A stretch of DNA of 64,000 nt from Tolypothrix carrinoi HA7290-LM1 (GTDB lineage Bacteria; Cyanobacteriota; Cyanobacteriia; Cyanobacteriales; Nostocaceae): the NCBI GenBank assembly GCA_019358935.1, contig JAHHIK010000031.1, positions 1-64,000 on the forward strand, given 5' to 3'. Positions 43,422 through 54,942 of this stretch are shown here, piece by piece. Position 1 is the first letter of the stretch, and each line of letters opens with the position of its first letter. Made by a program: the position numbers and the translations under genes. The notes under the pieces were generated by a model. That model was not told where the DNA came from, did not search any database, and was given only the letters and a program-made list of their open reading frames with translations.

Positions 43422-43668
43422 TCTCAATGTCTAATAGGCTGAGAAAATCGTTTAAAACATCCTCTGGTAAGGGTTCGTTAAAGTCGGGGGCAATGACCAC
43501 CTTACCACGGTCTAATTCTGGAATCCGGGGTAATGGTGGGTTATTTAGGGGTACAATGCGGGCAACGGGATTACCAGCTTGGGAAAGAATAACTTCTTCT
43601 CCTGCCAAAACTCGACCAAGCAATTCTGCAAAGTCAGTCAAGTTGGCAGGAAGTTCTACATTATACAT
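43405..43668 (-). CDS. Phd/YefM-like antitoxin
   Basis: LLGRVLAGEEVILSQAGNPVARIVP...DFNEPLPEDVL; overlaps the toxin start. Confidence 0.82.
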   Translation of the reverse strand: MYNVELPANLTDFAELLGRVLAGEEVILSQAGNPVARIVPLNNPPLPRIPELDRGKVVIAPDFNEPLPEDVLNDFLSLLDIENESNT

Positions 43669-44216
43669 TAGATGTCTCCGGAAAAGATTTATATACGTAG
43701 GGTGCGTTACGGATTTCAACAATCACGCACCCTACAATACTTAAATATAAACTAAAATCTATGCACCTCATTCTCTGTGTTCTGGGCGCCTAGTAAGGTT
43801 CGTTTATCAATAAATGCAGATAGAATTGCTACATGCGGAAAAAACATTTTTTGTCAAGTATATATATTCTAGATTTAGGTGCATTTGCCTACCCCTAGAC
43901 GCAGTATTTTCACGAATATTTCTCACCCTAGCTTCACTGATATTCTAACCAGAGGAAGAGGTAATATATTTAAAATTACTCCTCAGTAATTATATTAATA
44001 AAGTAGTATAAAAAGCAAAAGAATTGATACTTCTAGCGAAAAATCCTTCATGTATCGATTGCTTAATATTGAGTACGCTTGACTAAGAAGAAATAGCAAA
44101 ACTTCAGTAATTACAACAAACTCGGCGACAAGTTAAATTACATTTTCATTACCATTGTCATTTGTCCCAAGTTCCCAAAAGACAAATGACTAATAAATAT
44201 TCTAGAGGAATTGCTC

Positions 44217-46418
44217 ATGATTGTTGATTCGCACTCTTATACAACACTTGGCGGTGTGCGTGTCTCTCGCTCCATGACAGAAGTCAATATAGACACAGCA
44301 CTTGAAGATATTTTATTTTATCTAAATTCTCAGCGTGGAGGCTTGCTGACTAGCAGCTACGAATATCCAGGAAGATACAAAAGATGGGCGATTGGATTTG
44401 TCAATCCCCCCTTAGAACTAACTACAAGAGAGAATAGTTTTACTTTAAAGGCATTAAGCGATCGCGGCAACGTTCTCTTACCATTACTGTTAGAGCGTTT
44501 ATCGCAGTCGAAGCAACTTCAAGAAGTAATTTCAAATAAAGATAATATTACTGGGACTGTCAAGAAAACACAACAATTATTTGCCGAAGAAGAGCGCAGT
44601 AAACAAGCTTCAGCATTTACAGTTGTCCGAGAAATTCTACATACCTTCTCAAGTAAAGAAGACGAACATTTAGGACTTTATGGTGCATTTGGTTACGACT
44701 TAGTTTTTCAATTTGAGCCAATTCCCCAGTGCTTAGAACGTCCTGAAGACCAGCGAGATTTAGTATTATATCTGCCTGATGAATTAGTCGTAGTTGACTA
44801 CTATCTACAAAGCGCATTTCGTCTTCAATATGAATTTGAAACAGCGCATGGCAGCACAAATAATCTTCCTCGCACAGGTGAATCGATAGATTATCGCGGC
44901 AAACGTCTTCAACCAGCGCAAGCTGCCGACCATAAAATAGGCGACTATGCCAAGCAAGTTGAAGTAGCACTCGATTACTTCCGTAGAGGCGATTTATTTG
45001 AAGTAGTTCCCAGTCAAAACTTTTTTGAATCTTGCGAACAATCACCCAGCAAACTGTTTGAAACCTTAAAGAAAATCAATCCCAGTCCCTACGGATTTGT
45101 ATTTAATTTAGGTGGAGAATATCTCATCGGTGCATCCCCAGAAATGTTTGTCCGCGTTGAAGGTAGGCGCGTAGAAACCTGCCCGATTAGTGGTACTATT
45201 AGCCGGGGACAAGATGCCATTGACGATGCCGATCAAATTCTTTTGTTACTCAACTCCCACAAAGATGAGTCTGAGTTAACAATGTGTACCGACGTAGATC
45301 GCAACGACAAATCGCGAATTTGTGAACCAGGTTCAGTTAGAGTAATTGGGCGTCGGCAAATTGAATTATACAGCCACCTGATTCATACAGTCGATCACGT
45401 TGAAGGCACATTACGAGAAGAATTTGATGCCTTAGATGCATTTCTTTCCCATACATGGGCAGTTACAGTTACCGGCGCACCCAAACGCGCTGCCATGCAA
45501 TTTCTCGAACAGCATGAACGTAGCGCTAGACGTTGGTATGGTGGTGCAGTTGGCTATCTCAGCTTTAATGGTGATTTGAATACCGGCTTGATTTTGCGAA
45601 CAATTCGTTTAAAAGATTCAATCGCTGAAGTGCGAGTTGGTGCAACAGTTCTTTACGACTCGATACCACAAGCCGAAGAACAAGAGACAATTACCAAAGG
45701 TGCTGTTTTATTTGAAACAATTCGCCGCGCTAAAGAAACAGACGAGAAAATCGAGGAATGCAGCAATAAAAACTTGAGTAAATGCATTCCCGATGCTGAA
45801 CCAGGTAAGCATATCTTACTAATTGACCACGAAGACTCATTTGTTCACACACTAGCCAACTACATCCGACAAACCGGCGCAAGCGTCACCACACTACGTC
45901 ATGGCTTTGATGAATCGCTTTTTGATACAATACGTCCTGACTTAGTTGTTTTCTCTCCCGGTCCTGGTAGACCAAGCGAATTTAAAGTTCCGGAAATGGT
46001 CGCCGCTTGCGTCCGTCGCAAAATTCCCATTTTTGGAGTTTGTCTGGGGCTGCAAGGCATTGTAGAAGCTTTTGGTGGAGAATTAGGAGTTCTCAACTAT
46101 CCCCAACATGGTAAATCCTCGCGGGTTTTTGTCACAGATACAGATTCGGTGATGTTCCAAGACTTGCCGGAATCCTTCGCCGTGGGTAGATATCATTCAC
46201 TATTTGCCCTACCATTACAAATGCCGGCACAATTGAAAGTGACAGCGATTTCCGAAGACAACGTAATTATGGGAATTGAACATCAAACACTTGCGATCGC
46301 TGCGGTTCAGTTTCACCCAGAGTCAATCATGACTTTGAACGGCGAAATCGGTTTAGCCATCATCAAAAACGTCGTCCGTAAATACACGCAAACGAAAGAG
46401 TCGGTAGTTATTAGTTAA
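44217..46418 (+). CDS. trpE: Anthranilate synthase, fused components I and II (TrpE-TrpG)
   Basis: SSYEYPGRY, GASPEMF, TGAPK; C-terminal GATase IDHEDSF, SPGPG, GVCLG, QFHPES. Confidence 0.95.
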   Translation: MIVDSHSYTTLGGVRVSRSMTEVNIDTALEDILFYLNSQRGGLLTSSYEYPGRYKRWAIGFVNPPLELTTRENSFTLKALSDRGNVLLPLLLERLSQSKQLQEVISNKDNITGTVKKTQQLFAEEERSKQASAFTVVREILHTFSSKEDEHLGLYGAFGYDLVFQFEPIPQCLERPEDQRDLVLYLPDELVVVDYYLQSAFRLQYEFETAHGSTNNLPRTGESIDYRGKRLQPAQAADHKIGDYAKQVEVALDYFRRGDLFEVVPSQNFFESCEQSPSKLFETLKKINPSPYGFVFNLGGEYLIGASPEMFVRVEGRRVETCPISGTISRGQDAIDDADQILLLLNSHKDESELTMCTDVDRNDKSRICEPGSVRVIGRRQIELYSHLIHTVDHVEGTLREEFDALDAFLSHTWAVTVTGAPKRAAMQFLEQHERSARRWYGGAVGYLSFNGDLNTGLILRTIRLKDSIAEVRVGATVLYDSIPQAEEQETITKGAVLFETIRRAKETDEKIEECSNKNLSKCIPDAEPGKHILLIDHEDSFVHTLANYIRQTGASVTTLRHGFDESLFDTIRPDLVVFSPGPGRPSEFKVPEMVAACVRRKIPIFGVCLGLQGIVEAFGGELGVLNYPQHGKSSRVFVTDTDSVMFQDLPESFAVGRYHSLFALPLQMPAQLKVTAISEDNVIMGIEHQTLAIAAVQFHPESIMTLNGEIGLAIIKNVVRKYTQTKESVVIS

Positions 46419-46419
46419 A

Positions 46420-46596
46420 TGGGCATGGGGCATGGGGCATGGGGCATTGGGCATTGGGCATTGGGCATTGGGCATTGGGAATAGATAATAGAAAGAAATT
46501 GTCCCCCAAGTCGTCCCCCTTGTCCCTAAGTCGTCCTCCTTGTCCTCCTTGTCTCCTTGTCCCCCACTCCCCCCCCCTCCCCCACTCCCCCTCCCC
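46420..46596. repeat. STRR arrays (GGGCATT)n and CTTGTCCCC-type repeats
   Basis: Directly visible. Confidence 0.85.
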
Positions 46597-47418
46597 ATGA
46601 ACCAAGCCCCTCCCCGTCACATTCTCGAAGAAATTGTCTTGCAAAAAAGGCAAGAAGTTGTCCAAATGCAGCAAGAAATGCCTTTGGCAGTTGTGCAAAA
46701 TCAGTTAAATGATGCGCCAAAGGTGCGAAATTTCCTCGGCGCTTTACAGCAAAGTCCTTATAGACCAAGCTTAATAGCTGAGGTAAAAAAAGCATCGCCG
46801 AGTCGTGGTATTATTCGAGCAGACTTTGACCCGATCGCGATCGCCAAATCTTACGAACGCGGTGGTGCAGCTTGTATCTCTGTCCTCACAGATGAAAAGT
46901 TCTTTCAAGGCAGTTTCGACAATCTGCGTCGCATCCGTCCAGAGGTAGAATTGCCGCTACTGTGCAAAGAATTCATCATTGACCCCTACCAAATTTATAC
47001 AGCAAGAGCGGCGGGCGCAGATGCTGTATTATTAATTGCAGCCATCCTCACAGATGAAGAACTCCAAGACTTTTCGCGACTAATTCACCAATTGGAAATG
47101 ACTGCGCTGGTAGAAGTTCACACCTTAGCCGAACTGAATCGCGTACTCAAGCTGGACGGTATACGCTTGGTAGGAATTAACAACCGCAATTTAGAAAATT
47201 TTACGGTTGATTTAGCAACTACACAGCAACTTTTAGCGCAACGGCAACAAGAATTGCTTTCCTTGGATATTACCGTTGTCAGCGAATCGGGATTATTTAC
47301 ACCCGCTGATTTATCCTTAGTGGCTGAAGCTGGTGTGCGTTCAGTTTTGGTGGGAGAATCTTTAGTGAAACAAAGCGACGTAGAACAAGCTACCCGTAAT
47401 TTGTTTCCGAAGGAATAA
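46597..47418 (+). CDS. trpC: Indole-3-glycerol phosphate synthase
   Basis: [42 protein letters not shown]. Confidence 0.95.
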   Translation: MNQAPPRHILEEIVLQKRQEVVQMQQEMPLAVVQNQLNDAPKVRNFLGALQQSPYRPSLIAEVKKASPSRGIIRADFDPIAIAKSYERGGAACISVLTDEKFFQGSFDNLRRIRPEVELPLLCKEFIIDPYQIYTARAAGADAVLLIAAILTDEELQDFSRLIHQLEMTALVEVHTLAELNRVLKLDGIRLVGINNRNLENFTVDLATTQQLLAQRQQELLSLDITVVSESGLFTPADLSLVAEAGVRSVLVGESLVKQSDVEQATRNLFPKE

Positions 47419-47423
47419 GAAAA

Positions 47424-48383
47424 ATGAAAGCGATGGTGATAACAAACTTCGGAAGTCCAGAAGTCTTTGCCGAACAAGAAGTTGATAAACCGACACTAAG
47501 TAAAAATGAAGTACTAGTTAAGGTTTATGCAACCTCAGTTAACCCCGCAGATTGCGGGATACGTCAAGGAATGTTTGGACCTAGAGTCAAATTACCTGCA
47601 ATTTTAGGTTATGACGTTTCCGGTGTTGTTGAAGCGATCGCTCTTGATGTCAAAGACTATCAGGTAGGTGACGAAGTTTATTATGCCATCGATCTTTTAG
47701 CAGGTAACGGTGCTAATGCAGAGTATCATGTTGCTAATGAAGCAATAATTGCCAAAAAGCCGACAAATATATCTCATTTAGAAGCCGCTAGCGTACCTGT
47801 TGCAGGAGGTACAGCTTGGGCTGCACTCATCACCAAAGCAAATATCAAAATCGGCGAAACCGTGCTGATTCATGGTGGTGCTGGAGGTGTTGGTACATTT
47901 GCAATCCAAATTGCCAAAGCAGCCGGCGCTTACGTTTACACAACCTGCGGTGGTTACGACATAGACTTTGTAAAATCCATCGGTGCAGATAAAGCAATAG
48001 ATTACCGCCGAGAAAACTTTGTTGACATCATTATGAAAGAAACTGGTGGTCAAGGCGTTGACGTTACTTTATCTACAGTCAGCGGTGAACTTTTAGCTCA
48101 AAGTTTGATGGTGATAAAAACAGATGGTCGCGCAGTCACCGTCACAGGTGTACAAGGAGACCTCAACGCTGCTATCTTCAAAAATATTACAATCCACTTC
48201 GTACATCTAGATCGCACCCGTCCCAAACTTGAAGCCTTGAAAACTTTAATTGAACAAAGTCAAATCAAACCAGTTGTTGGGATGACTTTTCCCCTAAATC
48301 AAGTAGCACAAGCCCATAAAAAACTTGAGCAGGGTGGCGAAGGTGTGCGCGGCAAAATTGTTGTACAAGTTGCTAATTGCTGA
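47424..48383 (+). CDS. MDR-family (zeta-crystallin/quinone-oxidoreductase-like) NAD(P)H oxidoreductase
   Basis: [36 protein letters not shown]. Canonical catalytic-Zn Cys/His ligands are not evident. Confidence 0.88.
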   Translation: MKAMVITNFGSPEVFAEQEVDKPTLSKNEVLVKVYATSVNPADCGIRQGMFGPRVKLPAILGYDVSGVVEAIALDVKDYQVGDEVYYAIDLLAGNGANAEYHVANEAIIAKKPTNISHLEAASVPVAGGTAWAALITKANIKIGETVLIHGGAGGVGTFAIQIAKAAGAYVYTTCGGYDIDFVKSIGADKAIDYRRENFVDIIMKETGGQGVDVTLSTVSGELLAQSLMVIKTDGRAVTVTGVQGDLNAAIFKNITIHFVHLDRTRPKLEALKTLIEQSQIKPVVGMTFPLNQVAQAHKKLEQGGEGVRGKIVVQVANC

Positions 48384-48496
48384 TTGCTAATTGGGCATTG
48401 GGCATTGGGCATTGGGCATTGGGCATCGGGCTTTTCCCCATTACCTATTACCCATTACCCATTCCCCATTCCCCATTCCCCACTCCCCATTTCCAT

Positions 48497-49324
48497 ATGA
48501 CTTCTATTTCTCATCACTTTCAAACTTTAAGAAATCGCCAACAGTGTGCTTTAATTCCTTTTATTACAGCTGGCGATCCTAACTTAGAAACTACTGCCGA
48601 AGCTTTACGCATCTTAGATCGCAATGGTGCAGACTTTATAGAATTGGGTGTTCCTTACTCCGATCCTTTGGCAGATGGTCCGGTGATTCAGGCAGCAGCA
48701 ACTCGCGCTTTGCAACGAGGAACAAAATTAGAGCAAGTGTTAGATATGTTGCAAGCTGTGATTCCCAGCTTGAGAGCGCCGATAATTTTATTTACTTACT
48801 ACAATCCGATTTTGTACCGGGGTATCAAGTCATTTTTAGCAGAAATTGCTAATGTAGGGGTACGCGGTTTGGTGGTGCCAGATTTACCTTTAGAAGAAGC
48901 AGAAGAATTAATTCAAACTGCTGCTAGTTTTGGAATTGAGGTAATATTGCTTGTAGCGCCTACCAGTTCTGAAGATAGAATTGAAGCGATCGCTCGTCAA
49001 TCTCAAGGATTTATCTACCTCGTCAGTGTAACAGGCGTTACCGGAATGCGCTCTCAAATCCAACTCCGCGTCAAGGATTTGATTACAGAATTGCGAAGCG
49101 TCACCGATAAACCGATTGGCGTTGGCTTTGGTATTTCTGCACCCGAACAAGCACATCAAGTCATGGAATGGGGCGCAGATGCCGTAATTGTCGGTAGTGC
49201 CTTCGTCAAAAAATTAGCAGCGGGTAGTCCCAGCGAAGGACTGCAAGCTGTAGAAAAACTTTGTCAAGAACTCAAAGCAGCGATTACCCCCACCGCATCC
49301 TTGCAAAAAGTAGGTTCGGTTTAA
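48497..49324 (+). CDS. trpA: Tryptophan synthase alpha subunit
   Basis: [37 protein letters not shown]. Confidence 0.96.
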   Translation: MTSISHHFQTLRNRQQCALIPFITAGDPNLETTAEALRILDRNGADFIELGVPYSDPLADGPVIQAAATRALQRGTKLEQVLDMLQAVIPSLRAPIILFTYYNPILYRGIKSFLAEIANVGVRGLVVPDLPLEEAEELIQTAASFGIEVILLVAPTSSEDRIEAIARQSQGFIYLVSVTGVTGMRSQIQLRVKDLITELRSVTDKPIGVGFGISAPEQAHQVMEWGADAVIVGSAFVKKLAAGSPSEGLQAVEKLCQELKAAITPTASLQKVGSV

Positions 49325-49400
49325 ATTATACCAGGGCATCGTAGAGACGTTCCGCCGGAACGTCTTTACTCCCCCATTCGCCATTAAAGGATTTTAACCA

Positions 49401-50645
49401 GTGGTAAGCATTCAAGATATCAACAGTATCAAACAAGCTGAGACAGCGCGACCAGACTCGTTAGGCAGATTTGGCAAGTTCGGCGGTAAGTACGTCCCTG
49501 AAACCTTAATGCCCGCATTAAGCGAGTTGGAAACCGCATACGAGCAATATCGCCACGATGCTAGCTTCCAAGACGAGTTGCAAGGTTTACTCAAAGACTA
49601 CGTGGGAAGACCTAGCCCATTATATTTTGCCGAACGCCTGACCAAGCACTACGCCCGACCTGATGGCACAGGAGCGCAAATTTATTTAAAACGCGAAGAT
49701 TTAAATCATACAGGCGCTCACAAAATTAATAACGCTTTAGCGCAGGTGTTATTGGCAAAGCGCATGGGTAAAAAGCGGATTATCGCTGAAACCGGTGCAG
49801 GTCAGCATGGAGTTGCTACGGCAACCGTGTGTGCGCGTTTTGGTTTTGAATGCGTGGTTTACATGGGTGTCCAAGATATGCAACGCCAAGCCCTGAACGT
49901 ATTTCGGATGCGTTTGATGGGTGCGGAAGTACGTCCGGTGGAAGCTGGTACGGGAACTTTGAAAGATGCTACCTCAGAGGCAATTCGCGATTGGGTGACG
50001 AATGTAGAAACCACTCATTACATCTTGGGTTCCGTTGCTGGTCCCCATCCCTACCCGATGTTAGTGCGTGACTTTCATGCCGTAATTGGTACAGAAACTC
50101 GCGCTCAATGTCAAGAGAAATGGGGCGGTTTGCCAGATATTCTTTTGGCTTGTGTTGGTGGTGGTTCTAATGCGATCGGCTTGTTCCACGAGTTTGTAAA
50201 TGAAGCATCTATCCGCCTGATTGGAGTTGAGGCAGCCGGTGAAGGTGTCGATACAGAAAAACATGCAGCCACCTTGACAAAAGGACGAGTAGGTGTATTG
50301 CACGGTGCGATGAGCTATCTACTGCAAGATGAAGATGGTCAGGTAATCGAAGCGCATTCGATTAGTGCCGGGTTAGATTATCCCGGTGTGGGTCCTGAGC
50401 ACAGTTATCTAAAAGAAATTGGTCGCGCCGAATATTACAGCGTGACTGATAAGCAAGCTTTAGAAGCATTGCAGAGACTTTCGCAGCTAGAAGGAATTAT
50501 TCCCGCTTTAGAAACCGCTCATGCGATCGCCTATTTAGAAACCCTTTGTCAACAGCTTGATGGTAATCCCCGAATCATCATCAACTGTTCAGGTCGTGGT
50601 GACAAAGACGTGCAAACAGTCGCGAAAGCGCTCAGTGTTGAGTAG
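49401..50645 (+). CDS. trpB: Tryptophan synthase beta subunit
   Basis: [43 protein letters not shown]. Confidence 0.97.
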   Translation: MVSIQDINSIKQAETARPDSLGRFGKFGGKYVPETLMPALSELETAYEQYRHDASFQDELQGLLKDYVGRPSPLYFAERLTKHYARPDGTGAQIYLKREDLNHTGAHKINNALAQVLLAKRMGKKRIIAETGAGQHGVATATVCARFGFECVVYMGVQDMQRQALNVFRMRLMGAEVRPVEAGTGTLKDATSEAIRDWVTNVETTHYILGSVAGPHPYPMLVRDFHAVIGTETRAQCQEKWGGLPDILLACVGGGSNAIGLFHEFVNEASIRLIGVEAAGEGVDTEKHAATLTKGRVGVLHGAMSYLLQDEDGQVIEAHSISAGLDYPGVGPEHSYLKEIGRAEYYSVTDKQALEALQRLSQLEGIIPALETAHAIAYLETLCQQLDGNPRIIINCSGRGDKDVQTVAKALSVE

Positions 50646-50799
50646 TTAGGAGTTAAGAGTTAGGAGTTAAGAGTTAGTGGTTATTGGTTATTGGTTAGTG
50701 GTTAAAGAGTCCTTTTTAACAACCATCAACTATCCACTATCCACTATCCACTATCCACGCTCCAACCATCAACGCTCTAACCATCAACCAACAACCAAT

Positions 50800-52107
50800 A
50801 TGATAGCCACAACCCAAGCCCCACCTGAAAACATTCCCGCCACTCCCGATCAAAATTGGTCTGATTTCTTAAAGCAATTACTCGACAAGCGATCGCTCAC
50901 AGTTTCTCAATCTGCGGACTTGATGCAGGGTTGGCTGACAGATGCTATTCCCCCCGTCCTAACCGGAGCGATTTTAGCCGCAATTCAGGCAAAAGGCGTA
51001 TCCACAGAAGAATTGGTTGGTATGGCTGGTGTCTTGCAATCCCAGTCGATAGGAGGACAAGGAGGACAAGGAGGACAAGGGGGACAAGGGGGACAAGGAG
51101 GACAAGGGGGACAGGGGGGACAAGGGGGACAAGGAGGACAAGGAGGAATTTCTCCCTTGTCTTCCCCCTCTCCCTTGTCTTCCCCCACTCCCTTGTCTTC
51201 CCCCTCTCCCTTGTCTTCCCCCACTCCCTTGTCTCCCCCCTCTCCCTTGTCTCCCTTGTCTCCCCCCTCTCCCCATTCCCCACTCCCCACTCCCCTAATT
51301 GACACCTGTGGAACTGGTGGAGATGGAGCTTCAACTTTCAACATATCAACTGCTGTCGCCTTTGTAGCTGCTGCTGCTGGGGTAAAAGTTGCCAAACATG
51401 GCAATCGTTCAGCATCCAGCAAAACCGGTTCTGCTGATGTGTTGGAAGCTTTGGGTATAAATCTTAATGCCAGTCCGGAAAAAGTGGAGTCCGCAGTTGA
51501 TGCAGTTGGGATGACCTTTTTGTTTGCCCCAGGATGGCATCCAGCATTGAAAGCAGTTGCCGCTTTGCGAAAAACTTTGAAAGTGCGGACTATCTTTAAT
51601 TTGCTTGGACCTTTGGTAAATCCAATGCGACCGACAGGGCAAATTATTGGAGTGAGCGATCCACTTTTGTTAGAAACGATCGCTCAGGCATTATCGCAAC
51701 TCGGATGTCGTCGAGCGATCGCTCTCCACGGCAGAGAAAAGTTAGATGAAGCAGGTTTGGCAGACATCACTTACTTAGCTGTACTTCAAGAGCAAAAAGT
51801 CCGCTGCATCACACTCAATCCCCTAGAATTGGGTTTAAGTCATGCTCCCACTGAAGCATTGTGCGGTGGAGATGTCCAAGAGAATGCAGAAATCTTAAGA
51901 AATGTTTTGCAGGGGAAAGGCACTCAAGCGCAGCAAAATGTAGTTGCTTTAAATACCGCTCTAGCCCTACAAGTTGGCGAAGTTTTTGATAGCAACTCTA
52001 CATATATTTTGGAAAATTGTGTCCAAGGCATTGCTCTTGCCAAAGAAGTACTGCAAAGCGGTGCTGCTTGGACGAAATTAGAACAATTGGCTGAATTTTT
52101 ACGCTAA
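50800..52107 (+). CDS. trpD: Anthranilate phosphoribosyltransferase with an in-frame repeat insertion of about 80 aa
   Basis: [39 protein letters not shown]. Confidence 0.93.
   Translation: MIATTQAPPENIPATPDQNWSDFLKQLLDKRSLTVSQSADLMQGWLTDAIPPVLTGAILAAIQAKGVSTEELVGMAGVLQSQSIGGQGGQGGQGGQGGQGGQGGQGGQGGQGGQGGISPLSSPSPLSSPTPLSSPSPLSSPTPLSPPSPLSPLSPPSPHSPLPTPLIDTCGTGGDGASTFNISTAVAFVAAAAGVKVAKHGNRSASSKTGSADVLEALGINLNASPEKVESAVDAVGMTFLFAPGWHPALKAVAALRKTLKVRTIFNLLGPLVNPMRPTGQIIGVSDPLLLETIAQALSQLGCRRAIALHGREKLDEAGLADITYLAVLQEQKVRCITLNPLELGLSHAPTEALCGGDVQENAEILRNVLQGKGTQAQQNVVALNTALALQVGEVFDSNSTYILENCVQGIALAKEVLQSGAAWTKLEQLAEFLR
51052..51295. repeat. In-frame inverted 9-mer array (GGRGGACAA)n then (CCCTTGTCT)-type, inside trpD
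   Basis: Encodes about ten GGQ units followed by SPLSSP repeats. Confidence 0.9.
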
Positions 52108-52147
52108 TAACTATTAGCAACTTAGTGAAAGAATCGGAGAAAAAGAA

Positions 52148-53212
52148 ATGATTGTCATCTTAAAAAACGGTACACCTCAAGAAGAAATTACTCGAATCAG
52201 TCAAGAAATCAGTGAAACATGGGGAGTCAAAGTAGAAAAAAGCGTCGGCAAGCACAAAGTTGTTTTAGCGATGATTGGCGATACTCCTAGCATCAATCCC
52301 TTGCAAATCAAGGGGTATAGCCCTTGGATTGAGGAAGTATTGCGAGTACAGCAACCGTTCAAACGGGTGAGTCGCGAATTCCGATATGGAGAAGCTAGCG
52401 AAGTTGTTGTACCGACACCAAATGGTAACGTCTACTTCGGTGAAAATCATCCGATTGTCGTGGTAGCTGGACCGTGTTCTGTTGAGAATGAACAGATGAT
52501 TGTGGAGACAGCAAAGCGGGTGAAAGCAGCGGGAGCCAAGTTCATCCGTGGTGGAGCATACAAACCTCGCACCTCACCTTATGCATTCCAAGGACATGGT
52601 GAGACTGCCTTGGGCTTGTTAGCAGCTGCCCGTGAAGCTACAGGTTTAGGCATCATCACAGAAGTGATGGATACTGCCGACTTAGAAGCAGTGGGAAGCG
52701 TAGCTGACGTGATCCAAGTGGGAGCGCGGAATATGCACAACTTCTCGTTGTTGAAAAAAGTAGGCGCTCAAGATAAGCCAGTATTGTTGAAGCGTGGAAT
52801 GTCCGCCACAATTGATGAGTGGTTGATGGCAGCAGAATATATCCTAGCTGGAGGAAATCCGAATGTAATTCTTTGTGAGCGGGGAATTAGAACCTTTGAT
52901 GGTAAATATGCTCGCAATACCTTAGATTTGTCGGTGCTTCCAGTATTGCGATCGCTTACCCATCTACCAATCATGATTGACCCCAGTCACGGTACAGGTA
53001 GGTCTGAGTACGTTACACCGATGGCAAAAGCAGCGATCGCCGCCGGTACAGATGCTTTAATGATTGAAGTTCACCCAAATCCGGCAAAAGCCCTATCTGA
53101 TGGACCTCAATCTCTCACTCCCGATAAATTTGACATCTTGGCTCAAGAAATGGCAGTAATAGGCAAAGTAGTTGGACGCTGGTCTGAGCGTGCCTTGGTA
53201 GGTTCTATTTAA
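52148..53212 (+). CDS. aroF: DAHP synthase (class I-beta)
   Basis: AGPCSVE, GGAYKPRTSPY, QVGARNM, LKRG, LCERGIR, IDPSH, IEVHP. Annotated aroG in scytonemin clusters. Confidence 0.92.
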   Translation: MIVILKNGTPQEEITRISQEISETWGVKVEKSVGKHKVVLAMIGDTPSINPLQIKGYSPWIEEVLRVQQPFKRVSREFRYGEASEVVVPTPNGNVYFGENHPIVVVAGPCSVENEQMIVETAKRVKAAGAKFIRGGAYKPRTSPYAFQGHGETALGLLAAAREATGLGIITEVMDTADLEAVGSVADVIQVGARNMHNFSLLKKVGAQDKPVLLKRGMSATIDEWLMAAEYILAGGNPNVILCERGIRTFDGKYARNTLDLSVLPVLRSLTHLPIMIDPSHGTGRSEYVTPMAKAAIAAGTDALMIEVHPNPAKALSDGPQSLTPDKFDILAQEMAVIGKVVGRWSERALVGSI

Positions 53213-53681
53213 TTCTTCGATTTCCGATTGAAAGAATTGTAGATTGTTGGGTGCGTTGGCGCAATTCGTAACGCACCCAATTTGATGTTTTATCTTTTTA
53301 AAAAATTATTTCTAACTTTATTTCTGTTAGCTCATTATTGCAGAAAATCCTTTTTGTACTTTTATTAAAAAATAAATATTTTTTATTTAAATAAACAATA
53401 ACTAAAAATTAGACAAACTTATCAAAAGATTTCTCATTGTTAATTTCAGTCAAAAAAATTACTATATTTTATAAAAGTGACATTAATTACAAGTTGTTTT
53501 TGGTCAATAAAAATGTAAACGCTCTGTAATTAAGCCCAACAAGCTAAAGAAAATAATAGCTGTTAACTAGATTAAGCAGTAAAAAAATCATAAAAAAGCT
53601 ACGAAGCAAACTTAATTTTGCATTTTTGATGTCGCTTGATTAAGCAAAATTTTTGTCCTAAAACCAGAAGGATTATATCTA

Positions 53682-54434
53682 ATGGCAGATTCTAATGTAA
53701 ATTCTTTGACCAGCAATCCCCTTGATGGTGGTAGCTCAACGGGTGGCAATATCATTGGTAGCAATTCCAATACTTTTGATGATGGCATCTCATATCAAGG
53801 TAGCAGCAGTTCATCGGATCTTGGGCAATCACCCTTCGGTCGTTTAAGTGAAGTTACTGATTTAAACACCATATTTAATGGTGTCGGTAGTGGAGGTGAA
53901 AACCCGTTTGCTAACAACCCAGTAGGTGCCCAGGTACTGTTTGGTGGTGACAATCAGGGGGGATCGCCTTTTAGTAACTTGAGGTCGAACATTGACAAGC
54001 TAGTTAGTAGCAGCACCAATAACAGCAACCCGACAGGTGGTAGCGGTAGCACTAATGCCTTTGCAAATGGTGGCATTTCCGCTCAGTCTGTTGATGATGG
54101 CACCACAAGTGTTGGTGGTAGCAATATTCCGTCATTCACTGGTGGTGACACAAACGCAACCGGGTTTGAGATGAGGGTTATGATTGATAACCTGGTTAAC
54201 TCAAAGCTCAGTGAAAATGGTATTAATGTAGGTGTAGGTGGTGCTATCCCCATCGAAGGTGGCGGCATCGGTACCGGTCCTGAAGGTGGCAATCTGAGCG
54301 ATCCGTTTGCACCTGGAGGCAGCAACCCATTTGGCATCCCATTTGATGAGATATTAAGTGAGTTTGGCATCCCATCTGATGAAACATTAGGTAAGTTTGG
54401 CATCCCATCTGATGGCAGCTTTAGTGAAGGTTGA
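53682..54434 (+). CDS. Hypothetical acidic Gly/Ser/Asn-rich low-complexity protein with NPF motifs and three FGIPxD repeats
   Basis: 250-aa ORF with AGAAGGA RBS; 33-bp tandem repeat at about 54330-54425. Confidence 0.75.
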   Translation: MADSNVNSLTSNPLDGGSSTGGNIIGSNSNTFDDGISYQGSSSSSDLGQSPFGRLSEVTDLNTIFNGVGSGGENPFANNPVGAQVLFGGDNQGGSPFSNLRSNIDKLVSSSTNNSNPTGGSGSTNAFANGGISAQSVDDGTTSVGGSNIPSFTGGDTNATGFEMRVMIDNLVNSKLSENGINVGVGGAIPIEGGGIGTGPEGGNLSDPFAPGGSNPFGIPFDEILSEFGIPSDETLGKFGIPSDGSFSEG

Positions 54435-54942
54435 ATACCGTCATTCGATAGCGGCAATCTGTTAGCTTAGTACGGTCATTGCACAAGTTAAAGCGCGAAT
54501 TTAAGTTAGACATTGTAGCAATCTGGGTTCCTCTGCCTTTTTATTTAAACCTTCAATTCGCGACAATTTTACGCAAAGCAGTACTAAGTAGCAACAAACA
54601 TTCTTGTGTTTTTTAAATTATGCCGCTACTTAAAAGTAAAGACCTAGATTGTTAAGCTCGTTACGACTAAAAGATGATGACAGTAATGAAACTGTCATGA
54701 AAATTATTGTGCAGACAAATTTATTCCAAACAAACGTAAAATACTCTCCTGGTTCGTAGTGAGCCAGCGCGGTCTTGGGGGTCTCCCCCATGAGCGACTT
54801 CAGAACCCGGAGGGTGAGCGGTTTACCGCTCGTATATTCAGCCCTTACTACAAAAACCTAACAAAACTTAGGAATCCGACTTCAACTTATCTTTGATATG
54901 CAAAATTTGCTTCTATTAAAACCTGAGTGAGGAGAATTATTT

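Noticed and set aside
50931..51422. Overlapping Arg-, Cys- or Pro-rich ORFs across the trpD insert
   Set aside because: Alternative-frame readings of stop-free 9-mer repeats.
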